64,000 bases of DNA from an uncultured Methylobacillus sp. (GTDB lineage: Bacteria > Pseudomonadota > Gammaproteobacteria > Burkholderiales > Methylophilaceae): the NCBI GenBank assembly GCA_964445115.1, contig CAYUJU010000010.1:2582-66581 (forward strand), read 5' to 3'. Position numbers and translations under genes: made by a program. Below are positions 20,412 through 31,444 of the stretch, one piece after another. How positions within the stretch are numbered: the first letter of the stretch is position 1; each line of letters begins with the position of its first letter. The notes below the pieces were generated by a model. That model had not been told where the DNA came from. It was given only the letters and a program-made list of their open reading frames with translations, and did no database searches.

Positions 20412-20579
20412 TTATTTATCCTCATCCAGGAGTGGAATGTTCTTGTGCTCCTCCAACCGCTGACCGCGCTTCCCATTACCGTAAAGGTAGTAGAGGATGC
20501 CGCAGAACACGCTGAAGAAAATCACCAATGCCAGCGGCTTGGTATTTTCAAACTTGGTAAACCACAAGAGCCATTCCAT
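20412..20579 (-). CDS. ccoQ: cbb3-type cytochrome c oxidase subunit IV
   Basis: Hand-translated 55-aa ORF, absent from the track because it is under 60 aa: MEWLLWFTKFENTKPLALVIFFSVFCGILYYLYGNGKRGQRLEEHKNIPLLDEDK. Single TM helix. Fills the gap between ccoO and ccoP. Confidence 0.7.
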   Translation of the reverse strand: MEWLLWFTKFENTKPLALVIFFSVFCGILYYLYGNGKRGQRLEEHKNIPLLDEDK

Positions 20580-20591
20580 TGACCGGGTTCC

Positions 20592-21344
20592 TTAGCGGAA
20601 TTTGGCGAAATAGTCGTCGTCGAACTGCTTGAAGTCGACCATCGTGCCCAGCACTTGCAGATATGCAACCAGAGCGTCCATTTCTGTGACGTCATCCTTG
20701 TTGTTGTCGTAATTGCCTGCTTGCGCTTGAGCGACCAGGTTCTTCTCGGCATCCGGGATGTGCAGGGTCTTGGCGACCTCTTCACCGAACTGTTGCACGT
20801 TGCGGTCATACTCGGCCTGGCTCATGGAGTAAGGCACACCGGTCGTACGCAGCGCCTTCAGACGCAACGTCAGATCGGAGGTATCCAGCTTGGTGGACAG
20901 CAGCCACGGATAGTTCGGCATCACCGATTCCGGCACCATGGAACGCGGAGCAACCAAGTGCTGGACGTGCCAGTCATTGGAGTACTTGCCGCCCACGCGC
21001 GCCAGGTCAGGCCCCGTACGCTTGGAACCCCACTGGAACGGATGGTCATACTTCGACTCGGCCGCCAGAGAGTAATGGCCATAACGCAGGGCCTCGTCAC
21101 GGAAAGGACGAATCATCTGCGAGTGGCACAGGTAACAACCTTCACGGATGTAGATATCGCGACCGCGCTGTTCCAGTGGGGTGTAAGGACGCACCATGTC
21201 CTTGCCATCGGCCGTCTTGACGACTTCCACCGTATCCTTGATGAAGAACAGTGGCACGACCTCCACGAGACCGCCGGCACTGATGGCCAGCATGGTCAGC
21301 ACCAGCAGCCAACCAGCGTTACGTTCAATTTTATCGTGTTTCAT
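20592..21344 (-). CDS. ccoO: cbb3-type cytochrome c oxidase subunit II (monoheme)
   Basis: 250 aa. CYLCHSQMIRP heme site. Confidence 0.93.
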   Translation of the reverse strand: MKHDKIERNAGWLLVLTMLAISAGGLVEVVPLFFIKDTVEVVKTADGKDMVRPYTPLEQRGRDIYIREGCYLCHSQMIRPFRDEALRYGHYSLAAESKYDHPFQWGSKRTGPDLARVGGKYSNDWHVQHLVAPRSMVPESVMPNYPWLLSTKLDTSDLTLRLKALRTTGVPYSMSQAEYDRNVQQFGEEVAKTLHIPDAEKNLVAQAQAGNYDNNKDDVTEMDALVAYLQVLGTMVDFKQFDDDYFAKFR

Positions 21345-21371
21345 TTATAGCTCCCGTATTCCAATCGCCGG

Positions 21372-22808
21372 TTAAGCAGCAGCCGTTGCGACGTTGGTCG
21401 CTTCGGTATTGCCCTGCTTGATGGTCTTGTACATGTTGTAGCACATCAACACCATACCGGTCAGGAAGAATGCGCCACCCAGTGCACGCATCGCGTAGAA
21501 CGGATGCATTGCAGCCACGGATTCAGCAAACGAGTACTGCAGGTTGCCAAAGTCATCGAATGCACGCCACATCAGACCCTGCATGATGCCGGAGATCCAC
21601 ATCGCGGTGATGTACAGCAGCACGCCGATCGTAGCCAGCCAGAAGTGCACATTGATCAAGCGCAGGCTGTAAACCTGTGTATTCCACAGACGCGGGATCA
21701 GGTGGTACAGGGAACCGAAGGAAATCATCGCCACCCAGCCCAGCGCACCGGAGTGCACGTGGCCCACGGTCCAGTCCGTGTAGTGAGACAGCGCGTTCAC
21801 GTCCTTCAGTGACATCATCGGACCTTCGAAGGTGGACATGCCGTAGAACGACAAGGCCACGATCAGGAAACGCATGATCGGGTCGGTGCGCAGCTTGTCC
21901 CATGCACCGGACAGGGTCATGATGCCGTTGATCATACCGCCCCAGGACGGCAGCAGCAGCATGATGGAGAAGGTCGCAGCCAGCGTAGATGTCCAGTCAG
22001 GAATCGCGGTCCAGTGCAGGTGGTGCGCACCGGCCCACATGTACATGAAAGACAGGGCCCAGAAGTGCACGATGGACAGACGGTAGGAATACACCGGCCT
22101 GCCAGCCTGCTTCGGCACGAAGTAGTACATCATGCCCAAGAAGGCTGCAGTCAGGAAGAAGCCCACTGCATTGTGCCCATACCACCACTGCGTCATCGCA
22201 TCCTGAGCGCCGGAGAACAGGCTGTAGGACTTGATGGAGAACAGGTCAATCGGCACCGCCAGATTATTGAAGGTATGCAGCAGCGCGGTCGCGAGAATAA
22301 AGGAGAGGTAGAACCAGTTGGCCACGTAGATGTGTGGCTGCTTGCGGTTCATCAGGGTGCCGACGAAGATGGCCAGGTAAGCCACCCACACCACTTCGAT
22401 CAGCAGGTCGATCGGCCATTCCATTTCGGCGTATTCACGACCTTGGGAATGCCCCATCACGTCGCCAAGCGCGGCCAGCACGATCACGGCTTGCCAACCC
22501 CAGAACGTGAAGTTCGCCAGACCATTGCCCCACAAACGGGTCTGACAGGTACGTTGCACCACATAGTAGGAGGTGGCGAACAGCGCGCTACCACCGAAAC
22601 CGAAAATCACGGCACCGGTATGCACCGGACGCAGACGACCGAACGTGATGTACGGAATATCGAAATTAAGGAACGGAAACGCCAGTTCGGAAGCGATATA
22701 CACCCCCACCAGCATCCCCACTGCGCCCCATACCAGGGTCATGATAGTGAACTTACGGACAATATCGTAGTTATATTGCTCGCTCGTCACAACGCTCGCC
22801 GTAGCCAT
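21372..22808 (-). CDS. ccoN: cbb3-type cytochrome c oxidase subunit I
   Basis: 478 aa. 12-TM heme-copper oxidase with conserved His ligands ([25 protein letters not shown]). Confidence 0.95.
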   Translation of the reverse strand: MATASVVTSEQYNYDIVRKFTIMTLVWGAVGMLVGVYIASELAFPFLNFDIPYITFGRLRPVHTGAVIFGFGGSALFATSYYVVQRTCQTRLWGNGLANFTFWGWQAVIVLAALGDVMGHSQGREYAEMEWPIDLLIEVVWVAYLAIFVGTLMNRKQPHIYVANWFYLSFILATALLHTFNNLAVPIDLFSIKSYSLFSGAQDAMTQWWYGHNAVGFFLTAAFLGMMYYFVPKQAGRPVYSYRLSIVHFWALSFMYMWAGAHHLHWTAIPDWTSTLAATFSIMLLLPSWGGMINGIMTLSGAWDKLRTDPIMRFLIVALSFYGMSTFEGPMMSLKDVNALSHYTDWTVGHVHSGALGWVAMISFGSLYHLIPRLWNTQVYSLRLINVHFWLATIGVLLYITAMWISGIMQGLMWRAFDDFGNLQYSFAESVAAMHPFYAMRALGGAFFLTGMVLMCYNMYKTIKQGNTEATNVATAAA

Positions 22809-22952
22809 TGTTACCTCCCGTTTATACCAAAAAGTCGTGGTGCAACATCATAACACGCGACGAAATGTCGCACCCCATGCCGAAGTATATTCCGCAACCC
22901 GTAATGCGACAAGTCTGTCTTGATTAAAAACCCGAATTTATTCGTGGCATTT

Positions 22953-23537
22953 TTACTCGGCCACCAAAATGCCTAAATCATGCGCAATATCCGCCGGTTT
23001 CTGGCCATGATTCAGGTAAATCCGGGGCACCCCCTGCTTGTCGAACACGGTCACCCCCGCCGTGTGGTCGATGGTGTATCGACTACGCCCCGAGGACTCC
23101 ACCTTCTTGTAGTACACCTTGAATCGCGCAGCAGTTTCCGCCGTCACCTCCGGGCTTGCATACAACCCCAAAAATGCCGGATCAAACGCCGGCACGTATT
23201 GTGCCAGCACCTCCTGTCGATCACGCTCGGGGTCCAGCGTGACGAACAGCACCTGCACCTGACGCCCCGCCTCCCCCATCAGTTTCACCCCTCGCGCCAT
23301 ATCAGCCAGCGCCGTCGGACAAACGTCCGGACAATGGGTGTACCCGAAAAAGATCGCGACCACCTTGCCCCGAAAATCCTGCAACCGGCGTGGCTGACCA
23401 TGATGATCGGTCAAATTGAAACGCCCATCCAGCGCACCCGCCTGCAGCGGCACACCGACAAAGGCAGGCGTGTCGGACGACTGCCGCACACACCCGCAGA
23501 GACAAAACGCCAACAGCAGCACAGCGAAATCACGCAT
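22953..23537 (-). CDS. SCO1/SenC-family copper chaperone (lipoprotein)
   Basis: Thioredoxin-fold CPDVCP motif. The internal ATG at 23537 gives MRDFAVLLLAFCLCGC with a lipobox. Lies immediately upstream of ccoN. Confidence 0.8.
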   Translation of the reverse strand: MRDFAVLLLAFCLCGCVRQSSDTPAFVGVPLQAGALDGRFNLTDHHGQPRRLQDFRGKVVAIFFGYTHCPDVCPTALADMARGVKLMGEAGRQVQVLFVTLDPERDRQEVLAQYVPAFDPAFLGLYASPEVTAETAARFKVYYKKVESSGRSRYTIDHTAGVTVFDKQGVPRIYLNHGQKPADIAHDLGILVAE

Positions 23538-23641
23538 CAGCCCATCGCACCCCAAAGCACCAAATAAAAACCCCCTTCCCGGCAATCCGGAGAAGGGGGC
23601 ATGGCAATCACGATAATTGCCGAGTCAAACGCGGGCTTGAG

Positions 23642-24334
23642 TTAGAACTTCTTGCCAACGCCCAGACCGAAGACCCACGGATCGATATCGAGGCTATCAA
23701 TCTTCTTCCAACCACCGATATTCGCCTTAACATCGGTGTCAATCCACACCTTCTTCACATCAGCGTTAATCAGCCAGCCATCCTTCAAATTGATGTCGAC
23801 GCCAGCTTGCAGCGCCATACCGAAACTATTGGTGTCAACCTTAATAGGCAGTCCAGCAACTGCAGCACCAGAACTAAAGGTCAGACTCTTGTCCATAAAA
23901 CGAGTGTAGTTCACACCAGCGCCCACATAGGGATCGATCATTTGATCCGGATTGAAGTGCCACTGAATGGTCAGCGTCGGCGGCAGCAGATTCACGGAAC
24001 CCAAGCCTTGATTGCCAACTGCCGCACCAGCGTCACCCTTCACCTTCACGTCGTGACGGGTACCAGTGGCCAGAATCAACTCAGCCGCAATGTTCTTGGT
24101 GATGTAGTAGGAGAAATCGATTTCTGGAATGGTATTGCTATCTACAGCCAGCTCAGCACCCTGAGACATCGTGCCAGCGCCGACGTTAGTGTTCACGGTT
24201 GCACCCAGCTTGCTGTCTTCATCCGGGTTGATGTTGACGGCACGCACGCGCACCACGAAATCACCAGCTTCAGCCATTGCAAAGGACGGGGCGAAAGCAG
24301 CGGCTACCAGGGCAGCCAGTACGATCTTTTTCAT
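23642..24334 (-). CDS. ompW: OmpW-family outer membrane protein
   Basis: 230 aa. Signal peptide ..SFAMA. 8-strand beta-barrel pattern ending in the aromatic C-terminus GLGVGKKF. Confidence 0.88.
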   Translation of the reverse strand: MKKIVLAALVAAAFAPSFAMAEAGDFVVRVRAVNINPDEDSKLGATVNTNVGAGTMSQGAELAVDSNTIPEIDFSYYITKNIAAELILATGTRHDVKVKGDAGAAVGNQGLGSVNLLPPTLTIQWHFNPDQMIDPYVGAGVNYTRFMDKSLTFSSGAAVAGLPIKVDTNSFGMALQAGVDINLKDGWLINADVKKVWIDTDVKANIGGWKKIDSLDIDPWVFGLGVGKKF

Positions 24335-24466
24335 GTTGAATCTCCGTTAAAGTTAATCAGGACAAAAATATCTTTGAATGGATTCTACTTGATTTGCCCA
24401 TCATTGCAAAAGGCATATTGCACTGCCACGCCATTTCGGTGCGACTGTGTTGTAATTTCGCAACAC

Positions 24467-25335
24467 CTATTTGTCATTTTTTCCGAAATCGAAGCCGAAG
24501 CCGAACACCCCGCATTTGGCACCGGCAAGGCGGTTGGCCTGTTCCATCGCTGCTGGCAACGTCTGCCCCGAAGTCAGAGCGTGAATCATGCCCGCATTAA
24601 AGGTATCCCCCCCGCACCAAGGGTATCAATCACACGCACTGGCGGATGGGCGGTCGCGTGGCAACCAGTGCCTGAGCGGTCTCGCCCGTAGGCGCCTTGC
24701 TCGCCCCACGCAACCACCAGTTCAGCATGGTGGCACCCAAACCCCTCGAAAAAGTCTTGCGGCCCTGCAAACTCATGATGCTCGACAAAACCGCGCGAAC
24801 ACAACAACAGGTTGGCAAACGTATAACACGAGGCAATCCCCTCCCTTGGCTTCTCCAGTTCCAGAGAAATCCGACCGGCTGGCGAACGCTGACGCACCGC
24901 CGCCATCATCGCCGCCAATGCAGAGACATTGCGCCCCTCGAAATGAATCCAGTCGTAGCCCGCTGGATCGATCACATCAAAATCCGAACGCCGCAATTCC
25001 GGCAGATCACGATAGTGCACAATGCTGCGACTCATGCCGGACAGATAGATGCTGGAAGTCGGTGCCCGTCCGGGCAATCTCGGACAGCGCGAAAAATCGA
25101 CGCCGTGTATCCGGAAATCGTTTTCGATCACGGCAGTTTCCGGCGCTTTGGCCAGCACGCCGAGGAACTCAACCTCGTGCCCCAGCCCGGCGAGCACGAC
25201 CGCAGAATTGGCGGCATTGCCGCCACGACAGGTGCGCAGGGAACGCGCCCGCATTTCCTCATCGGCAGCGGGTACATGATCGAGTTCGAACACCAGATCC
25301 AGCGTTGCCGTGCCGACCATCAGAATGCGCGCCAT
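24467..25335 (-). pseudogene. Ketohexokinase-like PfkB-family sugar kinase, frameshifted at a G7 tract
   Basis: ORF 24586-25335 ends ..VIDTLGAGGIPLMRA*. After the G7 run (24607-24613), a different reading frame reads DTFNAGMIHALTSGQTLPAAMEQANRLAGAKCGVFGFGFDF.. to the TAG at 24467. This restores the PfkB motif DTLGAGDTFNA and a ketohexokinase-like C-terminus. Confidence 0.6.
24607..24613 (-). repeat. G7 homopolymer (C7 on plus strand) at the frameshift site of the kinase gene
   Basis: Counted directly in the sequence: aggtat-ccccccc-gcacc. Confidence 0.9.
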
Positions 25336-25409
25336 TTCCAGTTCCCGTCCTGTGCAATAGTGGAATGATACGTCTATAATTATTCACTTTTGAGCTTCGG
25401 AGAAACAAG

Positions 25410-26342
<933 letters not shown>

Positions 26343-26352
26343 GGAGAACGTG

Positions 26353-26544
26353 ATGTCCAAGGAACCCCGCGAAGTCGAAGTCACCGCAAAGGATTTGCCG
26401 CTGCACTGCCCGACCAGCGAGTCGGCACTGTGGTGCTCCCACCCTCGTGTATTCCTGGATGTCGCAGCAACCGGTTCGGTGTTGTGTCCCTACTGTGGCA
26501 CCAAATACCGGCTGAAACCGGGCGAGGTCGTCAAGCATCACTGA
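26353..26544 (+). CDS. Small zinc-finger (zf-CHCC-like) protein
   Basis: About 63 aa. LHCP ... CPYCGTKY cysteine pairs. The ATG is 6 nt after AAGGAG. Lies directly after ilvE. Confidence 0.7.
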   Translation: MSKEPREVEVTAKDLPLHCPTSESALWCSHPRVFLDVAATGSVLCPYCGTKYRLKPGEVVKHH

Positions 26545-26568
26545 CCGCCCATCCGGACCAGCAGCGAT

Positions 26569-26596
26569 AAAAAAGCGGGCATTGCCCGCTTTTTTA
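26569..26596. terminator. Bidirectional rho-independent terminator
   Basis: AAAAAGCGGGC-ATT-GCCCGCTTTTTT, between the convergent zinc-finger gene and murI. Confidence 0.6.
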
Positions 26597-27421
26597 TTTC
26601 GCCCAATCCGGCAACTGCTGCACCTCCACCGGCTGCCCCCACAGCATCGACATGACCGATTGCGCCTCTGCCGGGTTACCACTCGTCCAGAACTCCGCCG
26701 GCCCGGCGGTTTCGCCCAGTAACCCGTGGGCCTCCAGCCTGCGTCGCAATTGCCGTGCCACCGCAGCTCCCGTATCGATAATGGCGACATCGGGTCCGAC
26801 TGCACGCTCAATCAAAGGACGAACAAACGGGTAATGCGTGCACCCCAGTACGATGGTATCCGCCCCCTGCGCCAACAAGGGTTCAACGTACTTCAGTACC
26901 AGATCACGCGTAGCAGGCGCGTCTAGCGCACCACGCTCGACGCATTCCACCAGACCATGACAAGCTTGCGTCACCACCTGCACGCCCTTGCCGTAGTTTT
27001 CTAGCAAGGCCGCAAACTGGGCACTTTTCAGCGTCCCCACGGTGGCCATTACACCGACCACACCGTTCCGGGTCGCGGCCACCGCGGGCTTGACGGCTGG
27101 TTCCATGCCGATAATCGGTACCGAAAAGCTTGCTCGCAGCGCGCTAACCGCCGCTGCCGTCGCAGTATTGCAGGCCACCACGATGGCGCTTGCTCCCTGC
27201 TCCAACAAAAACTCCGTCAGGCGCATAGAACGTTGCCGAATCTGTTCAGGTGTTTTACTGCCATAAGGCGTGTGCAGGGAATCTGCACAGTACAGCAGGT
27301 TCTGTCTGGGCAACTCGGTCCGGATATGGCGCAGCACAGAAATGCCCCCCACCCCGGAATCAAAAATCCCGATCAGCGGCGACTCGGGGCGCACAGCACC
27401 CACATCAAAGACTGAGGACAA
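26594..27421 (-). CDS. murI: Glutamate racemase
   Basis: 275 aa. FDSGVGGISV, and catalytic Cys contexts YCADS and LGCTHYP. Confidence 0.9.
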   Translation of the reverse strand: MSSVFDVGAVRPESPLIGIFDSGVGGISVLRHIRTELPRQNLLYCADSLHTPYGSKTPEQIRQRSMRLTEFLLEQGASAIVVACNTATAAAVSALRASFSVPIIGMEPAVKPAVAATRNGVVGVMATVGTLKSAQFAALLENYGKGVQVVTQACHGLVECVERGALDAPATRDLVLKYVEPLLAQGADTIVLGCTHYPFVRPLIERAVGPDVAIIDTGAAVARQLRRRLEAHGLLGETAGPAEFWTSGNPAEAQSVMSMLWGQPVEVQQLPDWAK

Positions 27422-27424
27422 CGC

Positions 27425-28546
27425 TTAGCCTTTCCAGTCGGTCGTATTATCCGACTGTGCGGCGCCGTCCACATGCCCGATCACCACGTCATCCGACACG
27501 GCACTTTGCAACTTCAGAGATTGCTTGGCGGCCTCCACGTGCCCTTGCGCCGCCGCTGCTGCAAACCAGCGCCGCGCCTCACGCAGGTTCTGGTTAACCC
27601 CCTGGCCATACAGGTAAACCTGTGCGATTCGATTCTGTGCTGGTGCATAGCCCATTTCAGCAGCTTTAAGGTAGGAAGCGGCCGCATGCACCATATCCGG
27701 CTTGTCGACCCCCTCATTCCGTTCGTAACGCAAGCCCACTTCGTATTCGGCTTCAGCCATTCCATGTGCCGAGGCACGCTTGAACCAGTCTAGCGCGGCC
27801 CGGAAATCCTGAGGAAACGCATGACCGAAGGCACCGGTGAGATAATATTTCGCGATCTTGAGTTGCGCCTTGGGATCGCCGAAATCAGCCGCTTGAAGCA
27901 GTAACTCATCCGCTTTCTTGATATCTTTGGTCACACCCACGCCACGCTCATACAACTCACTGAGCGAGAAAAAGGCAGCGGGATACCGTTGGGATACCGC
28001 CTTGCCCAGCCATGCGGCGGCCTTGACCGGGTCAGCCAATGGCGCTTCCGCATCCAGATAGAGCCCCCCCAACACGGCCTGCGCCTCGGCCAAGCCAGCA
28101 TCGGCCGCCCCACGGAGATACAGTTCGGCGCGTTCTGGATTACGCGGCACCCCTTCACCCGCCAGATAGCGCTTGCCGATAAACAACCTGGCATCGTTAC
28201 AGCCGTTCTTGGCGGCGTGCTCGATCCAGCGCACCCCCTTAACCGGATCCTGATCTCCACCCAGCCCCCGATCCAGCATGACACCATACTCAAACTGCGC
28301 CTGTGCATGATTCATCTCGGCAGCGCGCCTGAACAGGCGCCGGGCGGCATCGAAATCGAGCTCCAGGTCATCCCCGCGACGAAACGCCATGCCTTGCTCG
28401 TACATCGCATCGGCGGAATTGTCGGATTCCGTCCTGGCAAAACCGGCATGCGCTTCGGGCGGGTCGCGACGCACCCACAGCACGACCCCGGCCACCACCG
28501 CGACAATCACCACCAGCAACAACAGGACACCCATCATCCCTCCCAC
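27425..28546 (-). CDS. Membrane-anchored Sel1-repeat (TPR-like) protein
   Basis: 373 aa. N-terminal TM helix VLLLLVVIVAVVAGVVLWV, then about 8 Sel1-type repeats (recurrent A..W..KAA..G...A...LG..Y..G.GV). Confidence 0.8.
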   Translation of the reverse strand: MGGMMGVLLLLVVIVAVVAGVVLWVRRDPPEAHAGFARTESDNSADAMYEQGMAFRRGDDLELDFDAARRLFRRAAEMNHAQAQFEYGVMLDRGLGGDQDPVKGVRWIEHAAKNGCNDARLFIGKRYLAGEGVPRNPERAELYLRGAADAGLAEAQAVLGGLYLDAEAPLADPVKAAAWLGKAVSQRYPAAFFSLSELYERGVGVTKDIKKADELLLQAADFGDPKAQLKIAKYYLTGAFGHAFPQDFRAALDWFKRASAHGMAEAEYEVGLRYERNEGVDKPDMVHAAASYLKAAEMGYAPAQNRIAQVYLYGQGVNQNLREARRWFAAAAAQGHVEAAKQSLKLQSAVSDDVVIGHVDGAAQSDNTTDWKG

Positions 28547-28753
28547 AAGGTTCCTTCATGAAACAACAAGGTCGGCAACATTGCGCCATCTTCCCACTCC
28601 GCACGGATGCGGGTCAACGCATCGCGTCCATGTTCGCCCCCAACACGCCGCCAATATTGCCGAATGTTATATCAATAGCATCAACAATCATTTTTATTCA
28701 CTCACGAGCCCTGTTATAGTGCGCGCCTGATTCACTTTTTTGTCATATTGATC

Positions 28754-30007
28754 ATGCACATTCGTCACTTATCCTTGCTTGTCGCCACGCTCTCCCTGCC
28801 GTTGAGCGCCTACGCCACCGACGGTTATTTTGCCCACGGCTACGGCGTCAAATCCCAGGGCATGGGAGGCGTTGGGATCGCCCTGCCTCAGGACGCGCTC
28901 GCCGCCGCCACCAACCCAGCCGGTATGGGCCTGATCGGCGACCGCATCGACGCCGGTGTAACCTGGTTCCGACCAATTCGAGAATCTGAGATTTTGGCCG
29001 GGGCGAACAGTACGACATACAGCGCAAATGACTCCAAGAATTTCTTCATTCCCGAATTTGGTTATAACCGCCAGATCAGCCCTGATGTCACTTTGGGTGT
29101 CTCGGTGTATGGCAACGGAGGGATGAATACCGACTATAAAAATGGCGTTCCGCTGTTCAACAACCCTGCGTTTTTCACCGGACGTACACGCATGGATTTG
29201 GCCCAGCTATTTGTCGCACCGACCGTCACCTGGAAAGCGTCCGAAAACCACACCTTCGGCGCGTCGCTCAATTTGGCCTATCAACGTTTTGAAATCAAAG
29301 GCATCAATAATTTTCGATTTGGCGCGAGTTCGGACCCCAGCAATCTGACCAATCGTGGCTATGACCACTCCTACGGCGCCGGCCTACATCTGGGCTGGAC
29401 CGGCAAGATCAATCAGGCTGTCACGTTAGGCGCCACCTACCAAAGCCGCACCTGGATGACCGAGTTCGACAAGTACCGCGGCCTGTTTGCCGAACAAGGT
29501 GATTTCGACATTCCGGAAACCTACGGCGTTGGTATCGCGGTCAAGGCAACGCCTGACCTGACGCTGGCAGCTGATGTCCAGCGCATCAACTACAGCGACG
29601 TAGATTCTGTTGGCAACACACTACTTCCCAATTTTGGAACTGCGCTGCTGGGGAACGATGGTGGTGCCGGATTTGGCTGGAAAGATGTCACTGCCTTCAA
29701 ACTTGGCGCCAGCTACGCCTATAGCGACACGTTGACCCTCCGCGCGGGCTACAACCACACCACCCAACCGATCCGCAAATCGGATACGCTGTTCAACGTC
29801 ATCGCCCCCGGTGTGGTGCAAGACCACATCACGCTCGGGGCAACCTGGGTGTTGCCGAACAAGGCAGAACTGTCCCTCGCCTACATGCATGCGTTTGAGA
29901 ACGAAGTTAACGGTGCAAACTCTATTCCACCGGGCTTTGGCGGTGGCGAAGCCAATCTCAAGATGTATCAGGACTCCATCGGTATCGCCTACGGCTGGAA
30001 CCTGTAA
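28754..30007 (+). CDS. FadL/OmpP1/TodX-family outer membrane transport protein
   Basis: Signal peptide ..LPLSAYA. N-terminal GYFAHGYGVKSQGMGGVGIA, typical of the family. C-terminal GIAYGWNL. The ATG at 28754 is preferred over the TTG at 28748. Confidence 0.85.
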   Translation: MHIRHLSLLVATLSLPLSAYATDGYFAHGYGVKSQGMGGVGIALPQDALAAATNPAGMGLIGDRIDAGVTWFRPIRESEILAGANSTTYSANDSKNFFIPEFGYNRQISPDVTLGVSVYGNGGMNTDYKNGVPLFNNPAFFTGRTRMDLAQLFVAPTVTWKASENHTFGASLNLAYQRFEIKGINNFRFGASSDPSNLTNRGYDHSYGAGLHLGWTGKINQAVTLGATYQSRTWMTEFDKYRGLFAEQGDFDIPETYGVGIAVKATPDLTLAADVQRINYSDVDSVGNTLLPNFGTALLGNDGGAGFGWKDVTAFKLGASYAYSDTLTLRAGYNHTTQPIRKSDTLFNVIAPGVVQDHITLGATWVLPNKAELSLAYMHAFENEVNGANSIPPGFGGGEANLKMYQDSIGIAYGWNL

Positions 30008-30026
30008 TTACAAGCTGCTGCAGTTC

Positions 30027-30055
30027 GCAAAGCCGGCCCTCGCGGCCGGCTTTGC
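30027..30055 (+). terminator. Rho-independent terminator after the FadL-like gene
   Basis: GCAAAGCCGGCC-CTCGC-GGCCGGCTTTGC, followed by a T-containing tail. Confidence 0.55.
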
Positions 30056-30103
30056 GTTATAATCCGCCAACTTAGCGCCTCACCCTCAGGCCCCGTTGGA
30101 CCC

Positions 30104-31444
30104 ATGATCAAAAAATTCCTGCAGACCGTTTTCAAAGGCAAGAAAAAGCCTGTCCCACATATCCCTCACGAGGCAGAGCGCTTTCCGCGGCGTGCCCACG
30201 GCATTGATCGCAAGCAAGTCAGTCACGCCGCCATGAAAACGGTGCAGGAATTGCACAAGGCCGGATTCTCCGCCTTCATCGTCGGTGGCGCGGTGCGCGA
30301 CCTGCTGCTGAAGCGCACCCCCAAGGACTTCGACATCGCGACCAATGCGACGCCGGAGCAGGTACATCGCATTTTCCGCCGCTCCCGCATCATCGGCCGG
30401 CGTTTTCGCATCGTGCACGTCATGTTCGGCGCAGAAACCATTGAAGTCACCACGTTTCGCGGCAGCCATCTGTCATCTGAAGAAGGCGATGCGGAGATCG
30501 CTGATAGTGGCCGTATCCTACGCGACAATGTGTTCGGCTCTCAGGAGGAGGATGCGTTACGCCGCGACTTCACCGCCAACGCCCTGTACTACGACCCGCA
30601 CACGGAAGAAGTGTGGGATTACCACCACGGCCTCAGGGACATCAAGGACGGCGTGCTACGCATGATCGGCGACCCGGAGACTCGCTACCGCGAGGACCCC
30701 GTGCGCATGCTGCGCGCCGTGCGCCTCTCCGCCAAACTCGGGCTGAAACTGCACCCGGCCACCGAGGCCCCCATTCCGCGCATGGCCGACCTGCTCGAAG
30801 ACGTGCCCCCGGCGCGCCTGTTCGACGAGATGCTCAAACTGTTTCTTTCCGGCCACGCCATTGAAAGCGCCCACGCGCTTCGCGCCCACGGCTTGCATCA
30901 CGGGCTGCTGCCCATGCTGGACGTCGTGCTGGAACAACCGATGGGAGAACGATTCGTCACACTGGCGCTGGAAAATACGGACGAGCGCGTACAGGAAGAC
31001 AAGCCCGTCTCACCGGCGTTCTTGTTCGCGACCCTGCTATGGCACGAAGTGCTGGCCACCTGGCAACAGTACAAGTCCAAGGGTGAAAAACCGCTGCCAG
31101 CGCTGATCCAGGCGATGCATGACGTATCCGACATCCAGGCAGAAAAACTCGCCATCACCAAGCGTTTCAGCATCGTGATGAAGGAAATCTGGACACTGCA
31201 ACCGCGTTTCGAGCAACGTGCCGGCCAGCGTCCTTTCCGCCTGCTGGAGAACCCGCGCTTCCGTGCCGGATACGATTTTCTGCTGCTGCGCTGCCAGTCG
31301 GGCGAATTGCCGATGGAAGTCGCGGAGTGGTGGGATCGTTTCGCGCAGGCCGACACCGCCACGCGTGAGACGATGCTGCTGCCCAACACCGAACCCGCCA
31401 AGAAACGTCGTCGTCGCCGCAAGCCAGCGGCCAACCCGGCATGA
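30104..31444 (+). CDS. pcnB: Poly(A) polymerase I
   Basis: 446 aa. FIVGGAVRDLLL nucleotidyltransferase motif and a basic C-terminus KKRRRRRK. Confidence 0.9.
   Translation: MIKKFLQTVFKGKKKPVPHIPHEAERFPRRAHGIDRKQVSHAAMKTVQELHKAGFSAFIVGGAVRDLLLKRTPKDFDIATNATPEQVHRIFRRSRIIGRRFRIVHVMFGAETIEVTTFRGSHLSSEEGDAEIADSGRILRDNVFGSQEEDALRRDFTANALYYDPHTEEVWDYHHGLRDIKDGVLRMIGDPETRYREDPVRMLRAVRLSAKLGLKLHPATEAPIPRMADLLEDVPPARLFDEMLKLFLSGHAIESAHALRAHGLHHGLLPMLDVVLEQPMGERFVTLALENTDERVQEDKPVSPAFLFATLLWHEVLATWQQYKSKGEKPLPALIQAMHDVSDIQAEKLAITKRFSIVMKEIWTLQPRFEQRAGQRPFRLLENPRFRAGYDFLLLRCQSGELPMEVAEWWDRFAQADTATRETMLLPNTEPAKKRRRRRKPAANPA

Noticed and set aside
22809-22952. Looked for an FNR/Anr box (TTGAT-N4-ATCAA) upstream of ccoN. 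Only a lone half-site was found (TTGAT at 22920-22924).
   Set aside because: The partner half-site (AACCC) does not match and no other candidate has correct spacing. This cannot support an FNR site call from sequence alone.
24389-24404. TTGAT-N6-ATCAT upstream of ompW, reminiscent of an FNR site. ompW is FNR-regulated in E. coli.
   Set aside because: The spacer is 6 nt rather than the required 4 nt and the second half-site is imperfect.
24489-24506. Short tandem repeat GAAGCC-GAAGCC-GAAC.
   Set aside because: It lies within the displaced C-terminal reading frame of the kinase pseudogene, where it encodes GFGF. It is not a repeat element or a CRISPR array.
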